A stretch of 64,000 nt of DNA. It comes from Candidatus Omnitrophota bacterium (GTDB lineage Bacteria; Omnitrophota; Gorgyraeia; Gygaellales; JAQTUX01). The translations under genes were made by a program, and so were the position numbers. The notes under the pieces are model-generated. The model saw only the letters and a list, made by a program, of their open reading frames with translations. It ran no database searches and had not been told where the DNA came from. Positions within the stretch are counted from its first letter, which is position 1, and the number at the start of each line of letters is the position of its first letter. The DNA lies in NCBI GenBank assembly GCA_028707125.1, contig JAQTUX010000002.1:272355-336354 (forward strand), given 5' to 3'. Of this stretch, positions 36,791 to 44,897 are shown in pieces.

Positions 36791-37043
36791 CCTGTGTAAG
36801 CAGCCTTTCCAATTCTTCCAACGCTTTATCCGCGTCTTCTCCTTCAACGGTGACCTCAAGACGGCTGCCCTTCTCCGCCGCGAGCATAAGTATGCCCATA
36901 ATGGACTTACCGTTTACCTCCTCGCCGCCCTTCTTGACCTTTATACTGGAGTCGTATTTATTAGCCGCCTGCACAAACAGGGCGGCCGGCCGCGCGTGCA
37001 GGCCTTGCTTGTTCTTAATAACTATCCTCCTGGATAACTTCAT
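36783..37043 (-). CDS. ptsH: phosphocarrier protein HPr
   Basis: 86 aa; His15 region …KQGLHARPAA…; Ser46 region (…GKSIMGI…) is present. Confidence 0.9.
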   Translation of the reverse strand: MKLSRRIVIKNKQGLHARPAALFVQAANKYDSSIKVKKGGEEVNGKSIMGILMLAAEKGSRLEVTVEGEDADKALEELERLLTQDE

Positions 37044-37051
37044 AGCGATAA

Positions 37052-38299
37052 CTAACCTTCTTCCGCCACAAGATTTATTACCACCCTGCCCAATTTCTCC
37101 GGGTCATGGCGCACATAATCAAGGGCGCTGACAAAATTTCCCTCGATCACGCCGCAGCCTAACGACTTTACGCGGTTGGCGTCCACGGTTATAGGGTAGG
37201 AGTTCTCCATTTTATATTTCTCCAGCAGCGCCTCAGGTATCCTGGACTTATTCACTACGCAATAGTCTATGATCTTCGGGTGGCTGTGGTCTATAAGCGT
37301 CTTAACGTGGTCGTAACAGCTGAAATTATCGGTCTCTCCGGGCTGGGTCATAACATTGCATATGTAAACCTTAAGCGCCGGTGAAACCAGAAGCGCGTCA
37401 ACTATATCCTTTATAAGAAGATTAGGTATAATGCTTGTGTATAAACTGCCCGGCCCCAGCACTATCGCGTCTGCCTCGGATATCGCCTTAAGCGCCTCGG
37501 GCGCGGCAGTAGAGGTGTCCGGTTTTAAATATACTCTTTTTATCGCGACGCCTTTTTTCGGTATCTCTGCTTCGCCTTCCGTAATGGCCCCATTCTTATG
37601 CTCCGCCACAAGCACAACCTTATTCAAGGTAGAGGGCACAACCTTGCCCCTTATGGCAAGCACGCGGCTGGATTCCTTAACTGCCTTGTCAAAATCGCCG
37701 GTAAGCTGCGTCATGACCGTGATGAACAGATTGCCGAAACTGTGGCCGGCGAACTCGCTGTCGGCATTAAACCGGAACTGGAACAGGTCCTGCATCAGCG
37801 CCGGAGCGTCTGCCAGCGCCACAAGACAGTTGCGTATGTCCCCCGGGGGCAGTATATCAAACTGCTCCCTGAGCCGGCCGGAAGAACCGCCGTCATCGGC
37901 AACGGTCACGATAGCCGTGATATTGGAGGTGAACTCCTTAAGCCCCCTGAGGATCACCGACAAACCGCTGCCGCCGCCTATTACCACGATGCGCGGGCCG
38001 CGTTGCAGCAATCTCGTGCGGAACATTATGTCCAGAAGTTCCTTATCGCTCTGGGGAAGAAATAATGTTATGAAAGAACGCAGCATCTTTTTTATGCCAA
38101 AGTACAAAAAGATGAGCCCGCAGGTGACCAGCGCCGCGTCTATGAACTTATATACGTATTCTATCTCCGACAGGAACTTGGCAGAGCCGAAGACGATAAG
38201 AGAGACGCCGAAGATGGTCAGCACTATCCATCTTTTCACCCTCATGCCGGGGTAGAGCCATTTAAAAGGCCTGATTATATCAAATCTTCTTTTCATCAC
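37052..38299 (-). CDS. YvcK/UPF0052 (CofD-like) family protein with N-terminal transmembrane extension
   Basis: …IVVIGGGSGLS…, …GPGSLYTSIIPNLL… CofD/YvcK signatures. About 95 N-terminal residues are hydrophobic (two predicted TM segments), which is atypical. Confidence 0.75.
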   Translation of the reverse strand: MMKRRFDIIRPFKWLYPGMRVKRWIVLTIFGVSLIVFGSAKFLSEIEYVYKFIDAALVTCGLIFLYFGIKKMLRSFITLFLPQSDKELLDIMFRTRLLQRGPRIVVIGGGSGLSVILRGLKEFTSNITAIVTVADDGGSSGRLREQFDILPPGDIRNCLVALADAPALMQDLFQFRFNADSEFAGHSFGNLFITVMTQLTGDFDKAVKESSRVLAIRGKVVPSTLNKVVLVAEHKNGAITEGEAEIPKKGVAIKRVYLKPDTSTAAPEALKAISEADAIVLGPGSLYTSIIPNLLIKDIVDALLVSPALKVYICNVMTQPGETDNFSCYDHVKTLIDHSHPKIIDYCVVNKSRIPEALLEKYKMENSYPITVDANRVKSLGCGVIEGNFVSALDYVRHDPEKLGRVVINLVAEEG

Positions 38300-38750
38300 C
38301 CTGCGAAATGGCCTGTATTACTGACTTGGCATCCTTGCAGTTTTTCAGAGTATCCCTGAAGTATTTATCCTTGAGCAGGCGCGATATCTTGGCGAGCGCC
38401 TTTAAATGGGGGCCCGCGGAATCCTGCGGCGCAAGAAGCAGAAAGAATATGTACGCCGGCTCCCCGTCCAGAGAATCAAAATCAACGCCGCCGCGCGAAA
38501 TACCGAATGCCGCGACCAGCTTACCGACGCAGTCCGCCTTGGCGTGCGGTATGCCTATGCCCTGGCCTATGGCCGTTGAACCCAGCGCCTCCCGCGCCAT
38601 AAGCAGTTCTATTATCTTGCCGCGGTTCTTCTTGTCAATGTCGCCGCTATTCACGAGCAGCTCTACGAGCTCCTTGATCACATCCTCTTTCTTTGCGCTT
38701 TTGATCTCACAGCTGATGGCATCCTTGGAGAGAAAATCCATGACCTTCAT
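38280..38750 (-). CDS. ptsN: PTS EIIA (fructose/mannitol type; EIIA-Ntr/PtsN-like)
   Basis: 156 aa with the phosphorylatable His in …GIGIPHAK…. No cognate EIIB/EIIC is present in the window. Confidence 0.7.
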   Translation of the reverse strand: MKVMDFLSKDAISCEIKSAKKEDVIKELVELLVNSGDIDKKNRGKIIELLMAREALGSTAIGQGIGIPHAKADCVGKLVAAFGISRGGVDFDSLDGEPAYIFFLLLAPQDSAGPHLKALAKISRLLKDKYFRDTLKNCKDAKSVIQAISQGDEKKI

Positions 38751-38785
38751 ACAGTAGCCTCCTCTTGTGTATTTTTTTATCTAAG

Positions 38786-38858
38786 AGCGGGAGACGGGGT
38801 TCGAACCCGCGGCAACGACGTTGGCAACGTCGCACTCTACCAACTGAGTTACTCCCGC
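38786..38858 (-). tRNA. tRNA-Gly (anticodon GCC)
   Basis: Hand-folded cloverleaf: acceptor GCGGGAG/CTCCCGC, anticodon loop TTGCCAA, T-loop GGTTCGAAC, discriminator U. CCA is not encoded. Confidence 0.85.
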
Positions 38859-38983
38859 AGTAAAGCAGAACTAAGAATTAAGAGCTAAGAACTAAGATGA
38901 CATCTATGAACCCATCCAAAACAAACAACAAAAAAATTCCCTTTTGCCCCTTAATTTTTTCTTAGTTCTTAATTCTGCCTTTA

Positions 38984-39065
38984 TGGGCGGAAGAGGATTT
39001 GAACCTCCAAGGGTTGCCCCAATAGCTCCTAAGGCTATCGCGTATCCCAATTCCGCCATCCGCCC
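38984..39065 (-). tRNA. tRNA-Leu (anticodon TAG), type II with long variable arm
   Basis: Acceptor GGGCGGA/TCCGCCC, 3-bp D-stem, anticodon loop CTTAGGA (U33, G37), variable stem GGGG/CCCT, T-loop TTCAAAT, discriminator A. CCA is not encoded. Confidence 0.8.
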
Positions 39066-39075
39066 CGCATTCTAA

Positions 39076-39148
39076 TGAGCCACGGAGGACTCGAACCTCC
39101 CACAGCCATCTTAAAAGGATGGTGCTCTGCCGGATGAGCTAGTGGCCC
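39076..39148 (-). tRNA. tRNA-Lys (anticodon TTT)
   Basis: Acceptor GGGCCAC/GTGGCTC, D-arm GCTC…GAGC, anticodon loop CTTTTAA, T-loop TTCGAGT, discriminator A. CCA is not encoded. Confidence 0.85.
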
Positions 39149-39163
39149 AGATTATTCAAAGAA

Positions 39164-39733
39164 CTAAAACTCCATCAACTCTTTTTCTTTACCGGCCAGG
39201 ATCTCGTCTATCTTTTTAATATGCTTATCGGTCAGCTTCTGGACCTCTTCCTGCGCCTTGAACCTGTCGTCCTCCGAGATCACCTTGTCCTGTTCGGTCT
39301 TCTTTATCGACTCGTTAATATCGCGCCTGATAGTGCGCAAAGATACCCTGCCTTCCTCGGCCATCTTTTTGACTACCTTTGCCAATTCCTCCCTTCTTTC
39401 CTTGGAAAGCTGCGGCAGTGGAAGCCGCACAACCTTGCCGTCGTTAACCGGCGTGACGCCTATGCTCGATTTGAGCACGGTCTTCTCTATTTCCGGTATG
39501 GAAGACGCGTCCCAGGGCTGTATTACGATAAGGTGGGCGTCCGGAGCGGATATCGACGCCATCTGCTTCAACAATGTGGGCGTGCCGTAATAATCCACGA
39601 ACAGCCCCTCAACCAGTCCGGGGTGCGCCCTGCCCGTGCGGATCTCGGAAAATGACCTGGTGACTGAATCAACCGCTTTCCTCATTTTTTCTTCGGCGCC
39701 CGACAAAATATCTCTGGTATTCATATCCTGCAT
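39164..39733 (-). CDS. frr: ribosome recycling factor
   Basis: 189 aa; family recognised by the Frr consensus and the conserved frr-pyrH-tsf-rpsB context. The start may be the Met four residues in (39724). Confidence 0.85.
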   Translation of the reverse strand: MQDMNTRDILSGAEEKMRKAVDSVTRSFSEIRTGRAHPGLVEGLFVDYYGTPTLLKQMASISAPDAHLIVIQPWDASSIPEIEKTVLKSSIGVTPVNDGKVVRLPLPQLSKERREELAKVVKKMAEEGRVSLRTIRRDINESIKKTEQDKVISEDDRFKAQEEVQKLTDKHIKKIDEILAGKEKELMEF

Positions 39734-39741
39734 AGCCTCCG

Positions 39742-40470
39742 TTATTTTACGATCGTCCCTATTCGTTCCCCGAAGATCACACGCCTGATGTTGCCCTCTT
39801 TGTTGAGATTAAAGACGACTATCGGCAGTTTATTATCCATGCAAAGGCTCACGGCAGTGGCATCCATGACCTTAAGCCCCCTCTTAAGCACATCAATATA
39901 TTTCAGGGAAGAGAACTTTCTGGCATTCCTGGCCTTCATCGGGTCGGCGGAATAGACCCCGTCCACCTTGGTCGCTTTTAAGATAGCGTCCGCGTTTATC
40001 TCCATAGCGCGAAGCGCTGCCGCGGTGTCGGTGGTAAAATAAGGGTTGCCTGTGCCGGCGACAAAAATGACTATCCTTGCCTTTTCCAGATGCCGAACAG
40101 CGCGCCTGCGTATATACGGCTCGGCGATCTGGTGCATCTCTATGGCGGTCATAAGCCGGGTGGGCATATTCAATTTCTCCAAGACGTCCTGAAGCGCCAG
40201 CCCGTTTATGACCGTGGCCAGCATCCCCATGTAATCCGCCACAGACCTGTCCATGTCCAGGCCCTGCCTCCCGGTATTTTCCTGGCCCCTGAAGATATTC
40301 CCCGCGCCCAAAACCACGGCCACCTCAACCCCCAGATCCTTTATGTCTTTCAGCTGCCTGCCGATGGAATTAAGCACTCTTTCGTCAATGCCGTGCTGGC
40401 CCTTTCCCTGCAGGGCCTCACCGCTTAACTTAAGCACCACTCTCTTATAAAGCGGCCTGTGCTTGATCAT
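39742..40470 (-). CDS. pyrH: UMP kinase
   Basis: 242 aa; amino-acid kinase fold with UMPK pattern (…KLSGEAL…, …GAGNIFRG…, …[17 protein letters not shown]…). Confidence 0.9.
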   Translation of the reverse strand: MIKHRPLYKRVVLKLSGEALQGKGQHGIDERVLNSIGRQLKDIKDLGVEVAVVLGAGNIFRGQENTGRQGLDMDRSVADYMGMLATVINGLALQDVLEKLNMPTRLMTAIEMHQIAEPYIRRRAVRHLEKARIVIFVAGTGNPYFTTDTAAALRAMEINADAILKATKVDGVYSADPMKARNARKFSSLKYIDVLKRGLKVMDATAVSLCMDNKLPIVVFNLNKEGNIRRVIFGERIGTIVK

Positions 40471-40997
40471 GCCCGCTCCCCCAACTTATAACGCGCGAAT
40501 CTCTTTACTACTATGTTCTCTCCCAGCTTGCCTATAACAGAGCCAAGGTAATCCTTAATGATAACGGAGCCGTCCTTCACGAACGGCTGTTCCATCAGGC
40601 AGTGCGCCTTGAAGAATTCATCTTTCTTATCAACATCGGCCAGCGCCTCCTTTGGCACGTCTTCCTTCTTTATATATAAAGGCGCCGCGGCCGCTATCTG
40701 TATGGTAATGTCCTTCACAAAGTGCCGAAAGTCTTCGTTTCTTGCCACGAAATCCGTCTCGCAGTTGACCTCAAGCAAAACGCCTGTCTTGTGGTCATGA
40801 TGCACGTAGGAGGCGATAAGGCCCTGTTTGGCCGACCTGTCGGCTTTTTTCGCCGCCATCTCCAGCCCCCTCTTACGCAATATCTGCTCCGCCTTTTTTA
40901 TGTCTCCTTCGGCCTCTTCCAGCGCGCGGCGGCAGTCGGCCACGCCCGCGGATGTCTTCTCCCTGAGTTGTTTGATTAAATCCAAGCTGATATTCAT
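40467..40997 (-). CDS. tsf: elongation factor Ts (short form)
   Basis: 176 aa; N-terminal UBA-like …[16 protein letters not shown]… and …[12 protein letters not shown]… motifs. Confidence 0.85.
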   Translation of the reverse strand: MNISLDLIKQLREKTSAGVADCRRALEEAEGDIKKAEQILRKRGLEMAAKKADRSAKQGLIASYVHHDHKTGVLLEVNCETDFVARNEDFRHFVKDITIQIAAAAPLYIKKEDVPKEALADVDKKDEFFKAHCLMEQPFVKDGSVIIKDYLGSVIGKLGENIVVKRFARYKLGERA

Positions 40998-41905
40998 TAT
41001 TTCTTACCCTTCCTTTCCCTGGCCTTCTCTTCATCTTCCTGCGCCCTTAACTTCTTCGCGATCTTTTCCTTCTTTTTTTCCTCTTCGAGCAGCGCCTCCG
41101 CGTCTATTTCCAACTCGGGCTTTTCAACCGCGGGCTCCGTTGGCTCCGCCGGGGCCTCGCTTCCCTTCTCCATGCGCACGCCCTCCTGCGACAGATAAGA
41201 AAGGAACTTCTTGCGGCCTTCGGCAACGCTGTCGGCTACCAAAGAGGTGATTATGCTGATCGACTTCATAGCGTCGTCGTTGCCCGGTATGGGATAATCC
41301 ACCAGTTCAGGGTCGGAGTTTGTGTCTATTAAAGCTACGATGGGTATACCCAGCTTCCTCGCCTCTTTCACCGCCGTCTCTTCTTTCTTCGTGTCTATCA
41401 TAAATATCGCTGCCGGCATCTTTTCCATTTTAATTATCCCGGAAAAATTCTTCTTTAACTTCTCGAGCTCTTTGGTCAGCTGCGACACCTCCTTCTTGGA
41501 AAGCATATCAAAGGTGCCGTCTTCCCTCATTTTCTCCAGCTCGTTAAGTCTGCCGATACTCCTTCTTACGGTGGCAAAATTGGTAAGCAGCCCGCCAAGC
41601 CATCTGTTGACCACATAAAACACCCCGCAGCGCTCGGCCTCTTTTCTAACTATCTCCTGCGCTTGATGTTTTGTGCCGACAAAAAGGAGCCCTTCGCCTT
41701 TGGCAGCCAGGTCCATCAGGAAATCCCTCGCGGCATTAAGGCAATCCACCGTTTTTTCCAGGTCGATTATATATATGCCGCTTCTCTGGCCAAAGATGAA
41801 CTTCTTCATCTTGGGGTTCCACCTCTTCTTCTGATGGCCGAAATGAACCCCTGCTTCTAACAGTTTTTTAAGTAATTCGTCTGACAAAACGCCTCCCTCC
41901 TTCAA
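40997..41905 (-). CDS. rpsB: 30S ribosomal protein S2 with about 50-aa charged C-terminal extension
   Basis: 302 aa; S2 core (…VHFGHQ…RWNPKM…) plus a low-complexity Glu/Lys-rich tail. Preceded by GGAGGGAGG. Confidence 0.9.
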   Translation of the reverse strand: MKEGGVLSDELLKKLLEAGVHFGHQKKRWNPKMKKFIFGQRSGIYIIDLEKTVDCLNAARDFLMDLAAKGEGLLFVGTKHQAQEIVRKEAERCGVFYVVNRWLGGLLTNFATVRRSIGRLNELEKMREDGTFDMLSKKEVSQLTKELEKLKKNFSGIIKMEKMPAAIFMIDTKKEETAVKEARKLGIPIVALIDTNSDPELVDYPIPGNDDAMKSISIITSLVADSVAEGRKKFLSYLSQEGVRMEKGSEAPAEPTEPAVEKPELEIDAEALLEEEKKKEKIAKKLRAQEDEEKARERKGKK

Positions 41906-41964
41906 AGAATCTGCTTTACTAACGCTTCTTCCTTGATTTTAGTTTATTTGACTATATTTTATAA

Positions 41965-41992
41965 ATTATACCAAAAAAAACCTAATATGCAA
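41965..41992 (-). promoter_or_regulatory. sigma70-like promoter for rpsB operon: -35 TTGCAT, 16-nt spacer, -10 TATAAT
   Basis: Seen on the minus strand as ttgcat-attaggttttttttgg-tataat, about 60 nt upstream of the rpsB start. U-rich spacer. Confidence 0.55.
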
Positions 41993-42055
41993 GATTTTTC
42001 CCTGAATTTTGCCATTAAGCGGGGATTATCCTCCTTCGCTCATCAAATTGCTAAC

Positions 42056-42099
42056 GATGGTAGAGCTTCGGAGGATTAATCCGCCGAAGCCCTACCATC
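42056..42099. promoter_or_regulatory. 44-bp perfect palindrome GATGGTAGAGCTTCGGAGGATTAATCCGCCGAAGCCCTACCATC
   Basis: Seen directly. The centre is GGATTAATCC, and related GGATTATCC motifs lie at 42023-42031 and 42125-42133, the last overlapping the msbA-like stop. It sits between the msbA-like 3' end and the rpsB promoter and is not followed by a U-run on the transcribed strand. Confidence 0.6.
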
Positions 42100-42127
42100 A
42101 TTTACCCATTGATGTGGCGTAGGCGGA

Positions 42128-43915
42128 TTATCCTATTTCCTGGAGGGAATATAATTGCTTGTATAGGCCGTTTTGACCCAGCAGTTCTTCGTGGCTGCCC
42201 TGCTCAACTATTCTGCCCGCGTCAAGCACGATGATCCTGTCCGCGCTCCTCACGGTTGAAAGCCGATGGGCGATAATAAAAACCGTCCTGCCGGCAATAA
42301 GCGTATCCAGCGCCTCCTGCACTATCCTTTCGGACGTGCTGTCCAGCTGAGAAGTGGCCTCATCCAGAATAAGTATGGGCGGGTCCTTAAGCAACGCCCT
42401 TGCTATGCATAAACGCTGTTTTTCGCCTCCTGATAACTTAGCCCCCCTGTCTCCGATAAGCGTATCATACGCGTCGGGAAGCGACTCTATGAACTCATGG
42501 GCATGCGCCTTCTTTGCCGCCTCCATGATCTGAGCGTCTTTCGCGTCCTTCCTGCCGTAGGCAATGTTCTCCCTTATCGTATCGTTAAAAAGTATTGTTT
42601 CCTGGGTAACAATGCCCATCTGCCCCCTGAGAGACCTCAAGGATACGCCGCGTATATCCACGCCATCAATAAGAATACGGCCGCGGCCGGGGTCGTAGAA
42701 CCTCGGCAATAGATCGACGAGGGTGGACTTGCCTACGCCGCTTTTGCCTACTATCGCGAGCACCTCTCCCTTCTTGATCTCTATGTTGATATCCTCAAGC
42801 ACCGGCTGTGAGCCGTAGCTGAAATTGACCCCTTCATACACTATCTTATGCTTGATGACTGCCAGCAAGGGCGCTTGCGGCCCTTCCGCGACTGTGGAAA
42901 CAGTATCCAGCACATCGTAAACCCTGCTTGAAGCCACCAGCGCCTGCTGGTTTAACGTGCTGACCTGGCTCAACTTTTTAAGCGGCCTGATCAGAGAGAA
43001 AAGCGAACCCAGGAATAAGCCGAACACGCCGAAAGAGATCTTCCCGGAAATCACATCTTTGCCGACCCATGCCAGGATAAATACGCCGAATATTACGCCG
43101 ATCAATTCCGTCGCCGGGCTCAACAAGAGCGTGCGCTTGATGGACTTCATTGACAGCTTATAATAACCCTGATTCTGGCTTCTAAACTTCTCTATTTCAT
43201 GGTCTTCCATGCAAAATGCCTTCACTATCCGCGCGCCGCTTATCGTCTCAACTAAAAGCGAGTTTATATCCGCCATCTTGTCCTGGGAGCGCCGGGAGAT
43301 CTTACGCAGCACCTTGCCGACCTTAATGATGGGCAGCGCGACCATGGGAAGAAGCAAAAGCGATACTAAAGCCAGTTTCCAGTGTATATAGAATATGGTG
43401 AAGGAAAAAACAACCACCAGAAACGACTGATACACCAGGTCCGTCGTGCCGTAGGAAAGGGCGTTCTCCACCAGCTTCACGTCATTGGTGATCCTGGAAA
43501 TGAGCTCGCCTGTGCGCTTCTTGATAAAATACTCCAGCGATAAGCCCTGGATCTTCTCGTAAAGGCGGTTACGGATATCGCGCACGCACAACTGCCCTAT
43601 ATCGGACATATAATAGGAATATAAGAAATTAAACAGGCCCTTTAGTAAAAATAAAACGGGCATGATCAGGATGATGATCCTCAGCAACTCCATCTGGGAC
43701 ATAGAGTTAATAAGCGAGATCAGCTTCTCCATGCCGGAAGGCAGCCCCACAGGGAAAACGATCTTGCCGTTATTGAAGACCTTGTCCACTACGGGCACAA
43801 ACATGGCGATAGAAACCCAGTCAAATAAGCTGGAAATCGCCATAAACAATACGGCTAAGCCGAGAGTCCCTTTATGCGGCCTGAGAAAACGCAAAAACCT
43901 CATATAATCTTTCAT
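42128..43915 (-). CDS. ABC transporter, fused permease/ATPase (MsbA-like lipid exporter family)
   Basis: 595 aa. Six-TM N-terminal domain, Walker A GKSGVGKST, ABC signature LSGGEKQR, Walker B ILILDEATS. Divergent from the lpxB pair. Confidence 0.8.
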   Translation of the reverse strand: MKDYMRFLRFLRPHKGTLGLAVLFMAISSLFDWVSIAMFVPVVDKVFNNGKIVFPVGLPSGMEKLISLINSMSQMELLRIIILIMPVLFLLKGLFNFLYSYYMSDIGQLCVRDIRNRLYEKIQGLSLEYFIKKRTGELISRITNDVKLVENALSYGTTDLVYQSFLVVVFSFTIFYIHWKLALVSLLLLPMVALPIIKVGKVLRKISRRSQDKMADINSLLVETISGARIVKAFCMEDHEIEKFRSQNQGYYKLSMKSIKRTLLLSPATELIGVIFGVFILAWVGKDVISGKISFGVFGLFLGSLFSLIRPLKKLSQVSTLNQQALVASSRVYDVLDTVSTVAEGPQAPLLAVIKHKIVYEGVNFSYGSQPVLEDINIEIKKGEVLAIVGKSGVGKSTLVDLLPRFYDPGRGRILIDGVDIRGVSLRSLRGQMGIVTQETILFNDTIRENIAYGRKDAKDAQIMEAAKKAHAHEFIESLPDAYDTLIGDRGAKLSGGEKQRLCIARALLKDPPILILDEATSQLDSTSERIVQEALDTLIAGRTVFIIAHRLSTVRSADRIIVLDAGRIVEQGSHEELLGQNGLYKQLYSLQEIG

Positions 43916-43939
43916 GGCTGCTTGATTATATCAGATATG

Positions 43940-43968
43940 TTGACTTTCCACAAGGTATTTGTTATGAT
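43940..43968 (+). promoter_or_regulatory. sigma70-like promoter: -35 TTGACT, 17-nt spacer, -10 TATGAT; predicts a near-leaderless transcript for the downstream oxidoreductase-lpxB pair
   Basis: Seen directly. The -10 ends 8 nt before the ATG at 43977 and no SD is visible. Confidence 0.45.
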
Positions 43969-43976
43969 GATGAATT

Positions 43977-44897
43977 ATGCCTGACAAAATTAACATAGCC
44001 GTGATAGGGGCCGGCCGGCTGGGCAGGCTGCACCTGCGGAAATATAAAGAAATTGGAAACGTCGGCCTGGCAGGGGTATGCGACGTTGACGGGCAAAAGG
44101 CCGACTCCGCCGCCTGCGAGTTCTTAACGCGGGCATTTCACAACTACAGAGAAATACCCCAAACCGTGGACGCGGTAAGCGTAGCCACCCCTACCTCAAC
44201 GCACTACGAGGTTGCCGAATATTTCCTTAAACGCGGGGTACACTGCCTTGTGGAAAAACCTATCACGCTGACCCTCAAAGAAGCGGACGCGCTGGTCAAG
44301 ATCGCCAGGAACAATAAGGCCATACTCCAGGTGGGCCACGTGGAAAGGTTTAATTCCGCCTTTGCCGCGGTCAAGGATATGATCAAAGAGCCCAAATTTA
44401 TAGAGGCGCACCGGCTTTCTCCCTTCCCCAACCGCTCCCTGGACGTAGGCGTAACGCTGGACCTTATGATACACGATATAGATATCATTTTAGGGTTGAT
44501 AAACTCCCCCATAAAGAGGATAGACGCCGTAGGCGTTAAAGTGCTGAGCGAATATGAAGACATTGCCAACGCGCGTATCAGTTTTAAGAACGGCTGCGTA
44601 GCCAACCTTACGGCCAGCAGGGTATCGGAGGAATGGATGAGAAAGATCCGCATCTTTCTGCCGCAGGCCTACATCTCCCTTGATTACAAAGCGGCGGAGG
44701 CGACCCTCTACACGAAAAAAGGCGGCTCCATATCCAAACAAGACCTGCCCATTGAAAAGGAAGAACCCCTGAAGAAAGAATTGGAGTCATTTGTCCACTG
44801 CGTCGCTCATAAATGCCAGCCCCTGATATCCGGGAAGGAAGGCCGGCAGGCGCTGGCTGTGGCGTTGAAGATCCAGAAGAAGATACGCGATGGCTGA
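43977..44897 (+). CDS. Gfo/Idh/MocA-family NAD(P)-dependent oxidoreductase (candidate GnnA-like UDP-GlcNAc 3-dehydrogenase)
   Basis: 306 aa. N-terminal Rossmann (IAVIGAGRLGRLH) and the …EKP… Gfo/Idh/MocA motif. Its position directly upstream of and overlapping lpxB is the only basis for the GnnA suggestion. Confidence 0.6.
   Translation: MPDKINIAVIGAGRLGRLHLRKYKEIGNVGLAGVCDVDGQKADSAACEFLTRAFHNYREIPQTVDAVSVATPTSTHYEVAEYFLKRGVHCLVEKPITLTLKEADALVKIARNNKAILQVGHVERFNSAFAAVKDMIKEPKFIEAHRLSPFPNRSLDVGVTLDLMIHDIDIILGLINSPIKRIDAVGVKVLSEYEDIANARISFKNGCVANLTASRVSEEWMRKIRIFLPQAYISLDYKAAEATLYTKKGGSISKQDLPIEKEEPLKKELESFVHCVAHKCQPLISGKEGRQALAVALKIQKKIRDG

Noticed and set aside
41906-42127. The 44-bp palindrome as a simple Rho-independent terminator for the msbA-like gene
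   Set aside because: On the transcribed (minus) strand the stem is followed by GUUAGCAAUUUGAUGAG rather than a U-tract. It is kept as an unexplained regulatory palindrome rather than annotated as a terminator.
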